DNA of 63,037 nt, filler included, from Neoconidiobolus thromboides FSU 785 (Eukaryota; Fungi; Entomophthoromycota): NCBI GenBank assembly GCA_025603075.1. It is 13 parts of 13 records of this genome, joined end to end, with 100 filler letters (N's around TTAATTAATTAA, not from the genome) between each part and the next. Parts side by side here need not be neighbours in the genome. Positions count along the whole stretch, not along the records: positions 1 to 19,287 come from MU626559.1; positions 19,388 to 28,068 come from MU626675.1; 11 more parts are not named here. The stretch is one strand, 5' to 3'. Positions 9,835-21,372 of this stretch are shown one piece after another; the first letter of the stretch is position 1, and each line of letters opens with the position of its first letter. The position numbers were made by a program, and so were the translations under genes. The notes below the pieces were generated by a model. The model worked only from the letters and a program-made list of their open reading frames with translations. It was not told where the DNA came from and searched no databases.

Positions 9835-12800
9835 TCACTCTCCATTTTCCATGGCCAACTCAAAATTAGCAAAGTCTGGCTTATCTAATTTAGGTGTAGA
9901 GGGTGGTACAGGTACATCAGTAACAAAAGGGTGTGAAATTAATGCTGAGGATGATGGTCTATTCTCATGTTTTCTAATCAAAGATTAATATAAGCTTAAA
10001 CAACAAATTAAAAAACTTACGGTTGTAAACTGGCCGCTAAAAACTCAGCAGCAACTTCCGAAATTCCCTGAGGTAAATCTGGGGCTGAGTAAGATCCTAT
10101 TTTAAAGATTGCCTCTACCTGAGTAGAGTTTGGGAATGGGTGATTTCCAGACAGCATTTCAATTACTAAACAACCTAAAGACCAGATATCCGCTTTACGT
10201 GTATAATGGGTCTGCTTAACCACCTCTGGTGCCATCCAATATACTGAACCTTGTAATGAAGTTCTCTGTGGTGTTATCACCGACATTACTGAATCCTGTA
10301 CTTTTTTGGATACTCCAAAATCCGCTATTTTAACATTATCTTGGTCATCAACTAATATATTCCCACCCTTGATATCACGATGTATGATATTATTTGAATG
10401 TAGATACTCCAATCCATTCAATATTTGTTTAACATAATACCTCGTCCTTAACTCGGTAAACTTTCCCTTTTCTGCTAAGCGAGCAGCCACTGAACCTCCT
10501 GGTACATACTCCAAAAAGATATTCAAATGTGTTTCTGTAGAAATCGAGCCTAGGTATTGTACAATGTTTGGATGACACAACTCCCTCATCAACCCAATCT
10601 CTTTTTTTAAGCTGGATACTTGATCTACCTTTTGTCGGTTTTCTGTTTTAGAAGTTGTGGTGGGTAGTTCTACCTGTTTCACTGCCATCACTAGTTTGGT
10701 GCTTGGATTTAATCCTAAATAAACACTACCAAATGAACCAGCCCCTATCATCGCTCCTTGAATCCAACCTTCCATATCCATTGATATTCTTGCCTTTGCT
10801 TTTTTAGCCCCATCGAAATCATCAATAATAATTTCATCATTTAGTTTCACCTCAACTTTTGTCTCTTCTTCTCCCTCCTCTTCTTCAATTTCTGAAGTAG
10901 CAGACACATTCTTTTCCTCTTCAGATAAATTATTGGATTCTGTTGTCTGTGGTGATAACAATTGATTTTCTAAACTTGGCGATAAAGTGAATGAACTAAG
11001 TGCCTGAGAATCAGACTTGGATTTTAAATCTTCATTATCCGTGATAATTTTAATGTCATCATTTGACAAGACCGCTGCAATTGAGGGTTGGTTATTGGTA
11101 GGGGATTGTATAGGAGAAGGGTCGAGCACATAATTACCTTCCATTTCAGAATCTGAAAATGTTTCATGAATGGGTGATAGGTTAGCGTAATTAGGTAAGT
11201 TATCGATGCCCAATTTATGAATGTTATTTCTTTTGGTTGATTTTGAGCTTTTTAGCGGTTTATTTACTTTAAATTCTTCCTCCTTTTTACCTTTCTGTTG
11301 TTTTTTAATTAAATGTCGATTTAAATTTTGAATCGGGAAATACTGTGCTAAATTCGAAGTAATTTGTTGAGATGGTGGTCGATGAGCAAATAATTTAGAA
11401 TGTCTATTTGATTTCTCATTAAAGTTATTAACCGCTCCTACCTCTACCCCAGCCAATAAGCCTCTATCAGTGTGCTCTTTATTCTGCTCTGCTAATCTTT
11501 TCACTCTTTCCTGCTGTAACTCCAAATGAGATTTCGGTGAATACCTCTTCCTCAGTATAAACTTATCCTTATCTGGATGGGATGGACTATTGCATATTTG
11601 CATTAATTCATCGTCATTTAAAAGCTTTGCTGTAGCTCCAGAAGCCACAAAGATTGCATAATTATCCGCTGAGTCTTGTAATGAAAATTTAGCTAGCACT
11701 CGGTTCATAATTGACTTGGCATCACCCAATGCATTCTTTAAATTCACCACCAACACCTGTCCTCCATCTCCCACTACCCTAACACAATACTTTTGTACAT
11801 TGTCCAAGTTCATGATATTGGTTTCATGATCACGCGGTGATGGAGTAGTTAAGCTATAGTTGGATAAAGGGCTTTGCGTTGAAGCAGCGATTTGGTTATG
11901 TATTTGGGGAGGAAAGTAAGCAGCTTGAGCACTTAAGCTTAATGGGGATGGATTGGGTGGAGTGGAATTGAAAAAAGATTTGGCAGAGTGAGGGCCATTT
12001 TTCGATTCTACTATTCTTAGATTACCTGCACTTCTTTGTGGCCTCAGTGTTAAATCAGGCGTTAATTTTTTTGCCCTGCTTAATCTATTACTCATTTCTG
12101 GGATGCTATGGGTGTTATTATCCTATTGATTATTGCTTTATGAAATTAATTTAGGCTTTATATAATTAATTACCTGGCTAAAAGCGGATTCTTTAAATTG
12201 ACTTAAAGTGTCATGCTTTAATTTTTTAATTGAATGTAAAATCTTTACTCTCTCACCTACTGTTTTTACGCCCATCTGTTTTAGTAAGGTGTTAGTTAAC
12301 TCCAATAAAACTTCACCATTGATATCATTATCTAAAATCCATGTTATTTTATTTTTACTTTATTATATTCTACTATCAATGTTACCTAAAAACAGTTCAC
12401 AATATTCTCTTAAATTATGATCTTCCAACCATTTTTTCACGCTGCCTGTTGACCAGTTTAAAATGCCTTTTAAAAACTTTTCATTATTTTCGTCTTCGTC
12501 AAGTTTGAATTGTTGTCTTAAAGAATCTACACTAACTATTTTAGGGATTTCTCTACCAAGCCTTAACCCCTCTTTATTTCTTTGACCTTCATTTGTATGA
12601 TATTGATTAAACCTCATATTGTTGTGTGGACTTGGTGACGTAAAATATGGATTAGTGTTCAATCGATGGTTATTATTGTTTATAACACTTCCAAGCTCAC
12701 TTTTCTTTTCTTTTTTCCCAGCTGATAGTGGGGGTATATAAAGTTTGTTTTTATATTCTTGTTTGAACCCCTGATTTAGATTAGTTGTGTGAGTTGTTAC

Positions 12801-12941
12801 TATATTATCTTGATTTTTAGATGTATTATTTATTCTAGTTGTAAAGTTGATATTCATAGGGTTAATCCGATTTCCTCTCCTATCACTTCCTATTTCGCCT
12901 TTTGTTCCATACCGGTATGTTTCTTCAATATTATCGTTCAT
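9835..12941 (-). CDS. STE11: MAP kinase kinase kinase, Ste11/Byr2 type (SAM, Ras-association and kinase domains); exons 12941-12386, 12331-12174, 12122-10021, 9973-9835
   Basis: SAM WSTGSVKKWLEDHNLREYCELF/DNDINGEVLLEL, RA region, GAGSFGSVY, MAVKQV, HRDIKGGN, DFG, GSVYWMAPE; three GT-AG introns keep the frame. Confidence 0.93.
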
Positions 12942-13061
12942 TAGTTAAGTGGGTTACTTTTCATTGATTATATTTCCACTTTATCCTCTACTTTTTTATT
13001 TTTTGTTAAAGAGCCTTACTAACCAATATTTGTTTAATTTATATACTTTTTTATTAAGGTT

Positions 13062-13118
13062 ATTGGCTTAAATTCTCCTTCTATTTTTAGGCGAAATAGC
13101 GGATGATTGGCTTGAATC
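13062..13118 (-). promoter_or_regulatory. Paired CCAAT boxes upstream of STE11
   Basis: Two (T/C)AAGCCAAT copies on the minus strand, ~120-170 nt upstream of ATG 12941. Confidence 0.4.
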
Positions 13119-14070
13119 CACGCTTTAGAGGTAAGAACATAAAAGTTAAATTCGAGTATGTTAATAATATTAAGACTATTAAAATATCTAGTCAGCATGA
13201 CTTTAATAGTTTTATAGTATTGAGAAAACCAATATAAGGATTTGTTGAATACTATATAGTTATATCATAAAGCTTTTTATCACTATATGCCTGAAATTGA
13301 TAAACAAGTACTCAACACATTATAAAAAGAATAAATCATTAAATCTTAATGTCCACACATTAATTTATTAACAAATTTTAGAATTTTAATATTTTTCTTT
13401 AATCTAGTAAGTCCATTAAGAAATTAAATAACAAATGCAATTAAAATTGGAAAAAAGATGAATCTTGAATATAAGTCAACCATATATAATATGATCTTAT
13501 CTAAAAATTTGATAAACAAGCTTATTTTATCTCACCTTCTTCATGAAAATTAAGTATTTCATAAAATATATTTTTTCCAATAGCTGAAATTTTTAAAATG
13601 GAATTCATTCTATTTGAAAAAAAATGATTATTTTAAATAATTTGCGATTTAAAGAAAAACATTAAAATTAGTTGAACTATAGATTATAATGAAACACTTT
13701 TAAGTTCGAAATTTTATTGACTTTTTTAAATTGCAAATTGCAAATTAATTTTTGTGTAAATTTGTAGCTAAGTAATGCTGAAATATTTTCAAATATATAC
13801 TATATATTTTTAAATATCAAACGATTCATTAATTTGGCTTCACTATTGAATACAGAGACTTTATTTTTCTGATGTTCAAGTATTTATTCTCAAGAGTCGC
13901 TTTCACTATAAATGTGAAAAGACACTTAAGCTCATGTACACAATTTAGTCATTAAAAAATTAGATTTTCGAAAGTAAGCATAAAATTTATCTTAAACAAA
14001 CAGAACAAAATTTTATTCATAAGCAAAAGTTTCACTTTTTAATTAGTTCCAACTTTGACTTTAGTAAAAA

Positions 14071-15122
14071 ATGACTTCAACTCCAGATTCAATAAATGAT
14101 GGGCGTGTTATGAAAAAGACTTATTCTTAAAACCATACGCTTGTAAGCCCGCGCCGTTGAAGCCCAAAGACATTGGAATTGGAATTGGTTTTTGTGGCAT
14201 TTGTGGATCAAACGTACATATTATTGATAGTGATTGGTGTCCAGCTAGTTACTCAGTAATTATAGGTCATGAAATAATAGGCAAAATGACTTAACTCGGG
14301 ATCAAAGGTAATAAAATTTAGTATAGGCAATCGAGTAGGGGTAAGAATGCATTATTCAGCATGTATGAAAGAGCCTTACTATGCTTGTAGCCAACAGAAG
14401 GAAGCACGTTGTCCATACAAAGCAGAGCCTTATGATGAGATCCATAAAGTGAGCGTATCAAAAACTCATGACGGGTATGTGGACGAAATAAGAATTCAAC
14501 AGGATTTTATATTTTATATACTTGAGACTATGCCATCAGATAAAACAGCACCATTATTATGTGCTGAAACTACAGTATTTCATTCCATGTTACAACATGG
14601 ATTTAAAAAAGGAGATAAAGGTGGTGCATTTGGTATTGATAAATTAGTGCATCTGGTAATTCAATTTGCTAACAAGCTTGAATGCGAAGTTTATGCAATT
14701 TCATCTCTAGCTAAAATGGAAGGTACTATAGAGTTTGGAGCAAAGCATTATATAAATTATAAGGATACAGAAGAAAACAATAAAGTATTGAAAGATAAAT
14801 TGAATTATATAATTATAACAAGTAGCATCATACCTATCAATTTGAATGAATCAATCCACTGGATGAGTTTTAATAGCAAGATCATATTGCTATCCATTCC
14901 AGAATGAGATACCACTTTCAATGCTAAAAACTTATCCAAAGAAAACCTATCTATTTCGGATCTACTATTGGGTTTCCAAATCACGTTCTTCAAATGCTGC
15001 AGTTTGCAAACAAATATGTCATTTATTCAAAGATTGAATTGCTTCTTGTGGATTAATATAATCAGAGCATCCATAATTTACGGAATAGAAAAGTCCGATA
15101 TAGAACTATACTTTATAACATA
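14071..15122 (+). pseudogene. ADH6/CAD-family pseudogene, copy D
   Basis: ATG 14071 followed by an early frameshift; CGICGSNVH and GHE still readable; stop after GKMT; Rossmann motif decayed to FGIDKLVH; KVRYRTIL end. The listed ORF 14347-14907 is a fragment of it. Confidence 0.9.
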
Positions 15123-15158
15123 AATAAAAGTCAAATGTCATTTTTACCAATTATAACT

Positions 15159-15251
15159 GGGTATGTATTTTTTCGTTTAAGAATTTTACTAACAATTTTT
15201 CCACTCAAATAGCGCTTAAAAAATGGAAAAAGTGATAAAACCAAAAAAACA
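15159..15251 (-). mobile_element. MITE copy, reverse orientation, ~140 nt upstream of ADH copy E
   Basis: AAGAATTTTACTAACAATTTTTCCACTCAAATAGCGCTTAAAAAATGGAAAAAG = reverse complement of consensus. Confidence 0.85.
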
Positions 15252-15390
15252 GAAACTATTTTTTTATTCTGATGTCATCATTTTGACACGTATTAAAATC
15301 ATATAATGTCATTCTTACTTTTATAAAAAAGCATATAGGTTAAAGTATATAAACTGAACTAGATGGTATTGCTGATAAAAATAAATAAAA

Positions 15391-16443
15391 ATGAGTACTA
15401 AATTTAATCAAATCAACGGTTACGCTTGCCATAAGAAGGGCGAAAAATTAGTAAAGTATACTTATGATCCAGCTCCACTTCAACCCAACGATATCGAAAT
15501 CAAAATTAGTCATTGTGGTATATGTGGTTCTGATATTCACACTTTAGACAGCGGGTGGGGACCAACGGATTACCCTACCATTGTAGGTCATGAAATTGTA
15601 GGAGAAATAACAGCAGTAGGTCCAGAAGTAAAGGACTTTAAAGTAGGAGATAGGGTAGGGGTAGGAGCACAATGTGCCGCCTGTATGAAAGAGGATTGCT
15701 ATTCTTGTAAACGCCAGAGAGAAGCCCATTGCCCAAATAAAGCTGATACCTATAACGCAAAGAGATATATTGATGGAGCTAAAACGTATGGTGGATATGC
15801 TGAAGCTGTACGAGTTCAGCAAGATTTTGCGTTTCATATTCCTGAAAGTATTCCTTCAGATTGTGCTGCTCCTTTGTTATGTGCCGGGACTACAGTGTTC
15901 ACACCAATGCTTCATAATGGATTTAAAGAAGGCGACAAAGTTGGAGTTATTGGGGTTGGTGGGTTAGGTCATTTAGCTATTCAATTTGCTAACAAATTAG
16001 GATGTGAAGTTTATGCGCTATCTCACTCCCATTCTAAAGAAGAAGATGCTAAAAAGCTTGGAGCTAAACATTTCATTGCTTACAGCAACGAAGAGGAGTC
16101 CAAAAAAGTTAAAAATACGTTAAAGTATCTTATAGTTACCAGTAATTCTAAAGATACTCAATGGGATACCTTTGCAGAATGGATGGACCTTGATGGTAAG
16201 ATTATATTGTTAGCAGCACCAGAATCAGATATTACTATTCGCCCCTTTACTTTAATCGCTAAAAATACCTCATTCGGTGGCTCTTTAATCGGATCTCCTT
16301 GTGATATTAGAAAAATGTTAGACTTTGCAGCCAAGCACAAGGTTTATCCATGGATCGAAAACTATCCTATGGATAAGTGTAATGAAGGCGTTCAATTAGT
16401 ACGCGATGGTAAAGTCAGGTATAGAGTTGTACTTAACAATTAA
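15391..16443 (+). CDS. Zn-dependent alcohol dehydrogenase, ADH6/CAD family, copy E (350 aa)
   Basis: CGICGSDIH, GHE, CMKEDCYSCKRQREAHC, GVGGLGH, ALSHSHSK. Confidence 0.97.
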   Translation: MSTKFNQINGYACHKKGEKLVKYTYDPAPLQPNDIEIKISHCGICGSDIHTLDSGWGPTDYPTIVGHEIVGEITAVGPEVKDFKVGDRVGVGAQCAACMKEDCYSCKRQREAHCPNKADTYNAKRYIDGAKTYGGYAEAVRVQQDFAFHIPESIPSDCAAPLLCAGTTVFTPMLHNGFKEGDKVGVIGVGGLGHLAIQFANKLGCEVYALSHSHSKEEDAKKLGAKHFIAYSNEEESKKVKNTLKYLIVTSNSKDTQWDTFAEWMDLDGKIILLAAPESDITIRPFTLIAKNTSFGGSLIGSPCDIRKMLDFAAKHKVYPWIENYPMDKCNEGVQLVRDGKVRYRVVLNN

Positions 16444-16931
16444 CTTGAATAAATTATTGCTGTTGAATTATTTTTATTTAATACCGTATTTATATTTCTA
16501 GCATAATAATGAAGCTTAAAGGGTATAATTAAGATAAACATTTATATCACAATTATTTAATAACTTAGCTAGAATAAATATCTAAAAATAATACTTGTAC
16601 AAAAGCCTATTCAGTTTTAGTATTAAATCAAATCAAATTTCTATTTTAGTCAAATTTTATTCTATTTTCATGTAAATGTCAGAATTAATCCGTTATAAAA
16701 TTAACGTTGTTTAAATAACTACAGCTTTACAATATATTAAAAGTCTGTTTACTAAAGTCCCAGCTAATCACACCAAAAACCATGACTTTTATTTTAAACC
16801 CACCCAACAAACCACTCTTTAATAGTAATTTAAAATTCTGCTTAACATGTTTCTAAAATCTATAATAAGTCTGCCTCTTCTTATTTAATTAGCTTAATAA
16901 AACAAACGCTAAAGTTTACATTTGACTCAAT

Positions 16932-16968
16932 CAATTATAAAACACAATTATAAAACACAATTATAAAA
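16932..16968 (+). repeat. 13-bp tandem repeat CAATTATAAAACA x~2.8 upstream of ADH copy F
   Basis: caattataaaaca caattataaaaca caattataaaa. Confidence 0.85.
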
Positions 16969-17022
16969 AGAAACTGAAATCTTTGAAAAATAAAAACAAG
17001 TTGTATAAAAATTGAATAAAAA

Positions 17023-18081
17023 ATGTCTACCACCCAACAATACGATAGAATCACTGGTTACGCAAGCCATGGTAAATCTGAGAAGCTAGTGAAATTTACA
17101 TATGATCCAGCTCCATTACAACCTAACGACATAGAAATCAAAATTAGTCATTGTGGTATATGTGGCTCAGATATCCATACTTTAGACAGTGGATGGGGAC
17201 CAACGAACTATCCAGTAATTGTTGGTCATGAAATTGTAGGAGAAATAACAGCAGTAGGTCCAGAAGTAAAGGGCTTTAAAGTAGGAGATAGGGTAGGGGT
17301 AGGAGCACAGTGTGCTGCATGTATGAAAGAAACTTGTAAAGCATGTAAAGTTAAAAGAGAGGCTCATTGCCCTAAGATCGCTGGAACTTACAACTCAAAG
17401 AGGTCCATTGATGGTTCCAAAACTTATGGTGGATATGCTGAAGCTATAAGAGTTCAACAAGATTTTGCGTTTCATATACCAGAGGGTATACCATCGGATA
17501 AAGCTGCTCCTTTACTATGTGCTGGGACTACTGTATTTACCCCAATGTTGCGACATGGGTTCAAAAAAGGCGATAGAGTTGGGGTTATTGGAATTGGGGG
17601 ATTAGGTCATTTAGCTATTCAATTCGCTAACAAATTAGGGTGTGAAGTGTATGCGTTATCCCATTCTCATTCTAAAGAAGAAGATGCTAAAAAGATGGGA
17701 GCAGTACACTTTATTGCCTATAGTAACGAAGAGGAATCTAAGAAAATTAAAAATACATTAGATTTTCTTATAGTTACAAGCAATTCTAAAGATGCTCAAT
17801 GGAACCTATTTGCTAGTTGGATGGATTTCGATGGTAAAATTATTGTTTTAGCAGTACCAGAAGCGGATATTTTAATTAGTCCTTTTGCTTTGATTATGAA
17901 CAATGTGTCAGTCACCGGCTCATCTATCGGCTCCCCATACGAAATCAAGAAAATGCTAGAGTTTGCAGCAGAACATAAAGTTTATCCATGGATTGAAAGT
18001 TACCCTATGGACAAATGTAATGAAGGTGTACAATTAGTGCGTGATGGTAAAGTTAGGTATAGAGTGGTTCTTGAAAATTGA
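17023..18081 (+). CDS. Zn-dependent alcohol dehydrogenase, ADH6/CAD family, copy F (352 aa)
   Basis: Closest paralog of copy E; all Zn ligands and GIGGLGH present. Confidence 0.97.
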   Translation: MSTTQQYDRITGYASHGKSEKLVKFTYDPAPLQPNDIEIKISHCGICGSDIHTLDSGWGPTNYPVIVGHEIVGEITAVGPEVKGFKVGDRVGVGAQCAACMKETCKACKVKREAHCPKIAGTYNSKRSIDGSKTYGGYAEAIRVQQDFAFHIPEGIPSDKAAPLLCAGTTVFTPMLRHGFKKGDRVGVIGIGGLGHLAIQFANKLGCEVYALSHSHSKEEDAKKMGAVHFIAYSNEEESKKIKNTLDFLIVTSNSKDAQWNLFASWMDFDGKIIVLAVPEADILISPFALIMNNVSVTGSSIGSPYEIKKMLEFAAEHKVYPWIESYPMDKCNEGVQLVRDGKVRYRVVLEN

Positions 18082-19179
18082 GTTTTAAATAAAGTTTTAT
18101 GGTTATTGATTTATTTTAAATGCTGCTCTAACTTTTTAATATATATTTATATAACCATGGTTTAAAAATAATCCAAATTATTAACATTATATACACCTAT
18201 TAAGTGACATATAAACTCAAAGTAAGATAGTAAGTTGGGTTCAAATGTGCTATATTGAATAATAATTTAAATAATCTCCCCATACTATTAGATAGCAAAA
18301 GTCTACTATCAAATAACATTTATACCAATGTACTAAATTGATTTTGAATTGGCATTTATTTTACAAATCATTACCACTCTTGATATACAGCGCGCCACTT
18401 TTACTTTATCTGTAATCGCTTCCTACCCAGATGTTGATAAGCATATCATTCAGAAATTTATATTTATTGAGTTTGAAAGTCCATTATTTTAAACCTTGAA
18501 AGAGTCAGAGGCTCGCAAGCGAGATTTGTATTTATTCTAATACTTCATTTACAATATTAATGTATTTCGCCCAAGCCTTTTTAAAATCCTGAGTTGTAAT
18601 AGTTTATAGAAGTGGCAAAAAATTCCTAATAGCTTATATTATATTTTTAAGTAAACAATAATAAATTTTTTATATCATTTAGAAATAAATAACACTTATT
18701 TAAAATTTAGATATTAAGTTGAGTTTAAAATATAAGTTAAATTAGAGTATTTAGGAAGGATTAAAGCTGGTATTAATTATTGAATGTTAAAAATAAAATT
18801 TTGTCGTTGCTTTATTTTTTATGGTATACTCATCTCAAAAACAAAAGTAAAATTAGATGTGTCAGATTCAAATGTACATTTTTCAAAAATCTAATACTAT
18901 TAACTCGGTTAATTTCAGGCTTAATAGTACTGTTTTTTCTTTTTTTGTTCAATCAAGAACACTTTAAACTATTTAATAGAATACAATGCTCTGAAAAGAG
19001 GTGCATGTTTACTTAATAAAGTTAGCATGTTCTTAATATGTTTAAACGGGATCTAGAATAGACATTTGTATGTATCAACATAAGAATAACTCAAGTTGCA
19101 GCCATTATAATAAATATAAAAAGAGCATTAAGAGAAGAAAGCAAATGTTTTTATTATTTCTTGATTTAATTAAATAATA

Positions 19180-19287
19180 ATGGGGTTTACTTTTCTTAAA
19201 GCTGAAAGAGATGGCAATACTATTAAATTAAAATATCCAAAGCGAGTAATAATTATCTCGCTTATAGTTGGTGCTATTTTTTTAACT
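19180..19287 (+). CDS. Possible 5' end of a membrane protein, running into gap 1
   Basis: MGFTFLKAERDGNTIKLKYPKRVIIISLIVGAIFLT is open up to the gap and ends hydrophobic; only 36 codons visible. Confidence 0.3.
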
Positions 19288-19387
19288 NNNNNNNNNNNNN
19301 NNNNNNNNNNNNNNNNNNNNNNNNNNNNNNNTTAATTAATTAANNNNNNNNNNNNNNNNNNNNNNNNNNNNNNNNNNNNNNNNNNNN
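19288..19387. other. Assembly gap with six-frame stop linker (first of 12)
   Basis: 44 N + TTAATTAATTAA + 44 N. The same linker occurs at 28069, 29618, 34181, 36092, 43866, 45322, 48132, 49982, 51485, 53539 and 54984 (each 100 nt); true gap sizes unknown. Confidence 0.99.
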
Positions 19388-20776
19388 AATTTCCTGAGAT
19401 CGTTTGGTACGTGCATTTTACTAATTCTATTATCCCTCATGATTTCAACATTAGATGGAAATTTGGTGTCTTCCTGAATAGCTCGATTTTCATCTCCCAA
19501 AATTTTCAATATCTCTTCTTCACTCTTTTTACTAAACACACTACACCCATAAATTAGTCTATATAATATGCAACCCAGTCCCCAAACATCAGTTCCGTAC
19601 CCGATCTAGATTGATCGATTAGTTGTTATTACTTACTCATAGAATAAAAAAATACCACAAATTGCGAACTCGCATCAGTAGCAATAGCCGCTTCTGGTGC
19701 TATATTACCAAGAGTACCTTGCTAAAAAATGAATATCAATTTATGATAAAACTAAATAGTTAAATTACTATTTGGGATTTTCGACCAACCACACGTCCAT
19801 GCTTTAACTTTAATACATATTTAAACCCGAACACCTTTAAATTTCCATCAAAAAACATAAATTTCCCCAAATTCAGATCACAATGGATAACATTTTCCTT
19901 ATGTAACTCTCTTATCGCTAACACCATCTAATGAAATATTAACGTTATATTTATTTATTTTACTTTTTATTACCCTTTTCCAATTATATACCGCAAACCC
20001 AACTGGATTTTCCAATATTTGCTCCGAGTTATTCATAAATTCAAAAAAACTAATTTCACTTAGTTGATATAGCTATAAGAAAGTTAACTTAGTGATGATT
20101 ATACAGTGTTGAATACTCACCAATTTAATTTTGTTATCCTCATATTCAAATTCAGCTAACTGAATAATATACGGGTTATTTTTGAAAATTTTTAGCACCT
20201 GAATTTCATTTTGATAAAAATTTATTTCCTTTTCTTTCATTCCTTCCATATCAACCACCTTTAATGCAAATTGATTCCCAGTGTTTAATTCGACAACATT
20301 ATATACTTCTGAATGTCTACCTAGTTTTATGAGATTTAATTTCATGTACCTTTTCCCCTTTACAACTTCAAACTCTAATATTTGATTATCTTGTGACTTT
20401 TGATATAAAATAATGGTTTTAAAATGTAAATTATTGAACTTACTATTTGTTCAAATACTGCATCAAAATCATTCAACTCTTTAATCCTATTTGGTATTCC
20501 TATATAGTGCCCCTCGTCCGATACATTTGCTTCCAAAGAGTATTGATCATCGATGCTTAAGTGACTTATCTCTCTGGCAATAGTATCAGAAGGTCTTTTA
20601 TGTCTCACTTCTTCGAATATTTGGCTGACATTTAACTTATTTGAGTGTTCCTCAAGGTTTCTGATTTTACGCTTCCTATCAATTCCTACTTTTTGCCCAG
20701 CATATTTTCTAGCATATTTAATGATTTGCTTTTGATCCAAATTCGATAAATCGTCTATGATTTGACGCTCTTTCAT
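19388..20776 (-). CDS. Mps1/TTK-like protein kinase-fold protein, multi-exon, 3' end in gap; probable pseudokinase
   Basis: KGKRYMKLNLIKLGRHSEVY, FALKVV, FYQNEIQVLK, LAIRELHKENVIHCDLNLGKF, LKVFGF, QGTLGNIAPEA, GTDVWGLGCILYRLIYG follow the Mps1 subdomain pattern. Confidence 0.8.
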
Positions 20777-21372
20777 CGGCTCCGCTTGATTTAGGTTTGT
20801 TCGGTCTTCAAAATTCCTCTTTCTTGGATACTTCTAAAATACTTAACATAAAGAAAAACGAAATGGAAATATTGTTTACTCTTGAATCCTCCTTTTTCTC
20901 ATCCATCCTTTGCAAAAATGTCAGCTTTTATTCTAATTTTGATTATTTTATAGCTTTCTACTTCATTTTTAGGGGAAAGTAGAATTTGGGACTAAGCTAG
21001 CTAATTGGCTAATTAAAGTTGAACTTGTCACTCTTTGTATGAATGTTGAAAATAGATTTGGGAAATCAACTTCAAATTGAGGTTAAATTTAATTTTGACA
21101 AATAATAATACAGTATTACACGAAACGCGATAAAAGCATTTTGATAATTTTGATTTTTCTAAAATTGATTTTATTTGCAAAAAATCTACAAAAGGATTTG
21201 AACAAATATTTACTAATATGAGTTAAGTTGTGTTTTTGTGATAAAAGCAAATAGTTTTCTGATTATTAAGCTATATAAATTGATTAATTTTAGTCATGAA
21301 ATAGCTGATTTTTGTTGGTTTTTTAAAAGTTATTCAAAATATTCAATTAAATATAACTCCTTGTTAACATAT

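Noticed and set aside
9791-9988. Plus-strand 65-aa ORF
   Set aside because: Antisense of the last STE11 exon (9973-9835)
12363-12941. Separate 192-aa gene
   Set aside because: It is exon 1 of STE11; the SAM domain is split across introns
19332-19343. Palindromic TTAATTAATTAA recurring 12 times
   Set aside because: Always centred in 100-nt N runs; an artificial six-frame stop linker. ORFs ending in X runs are truncated by it.
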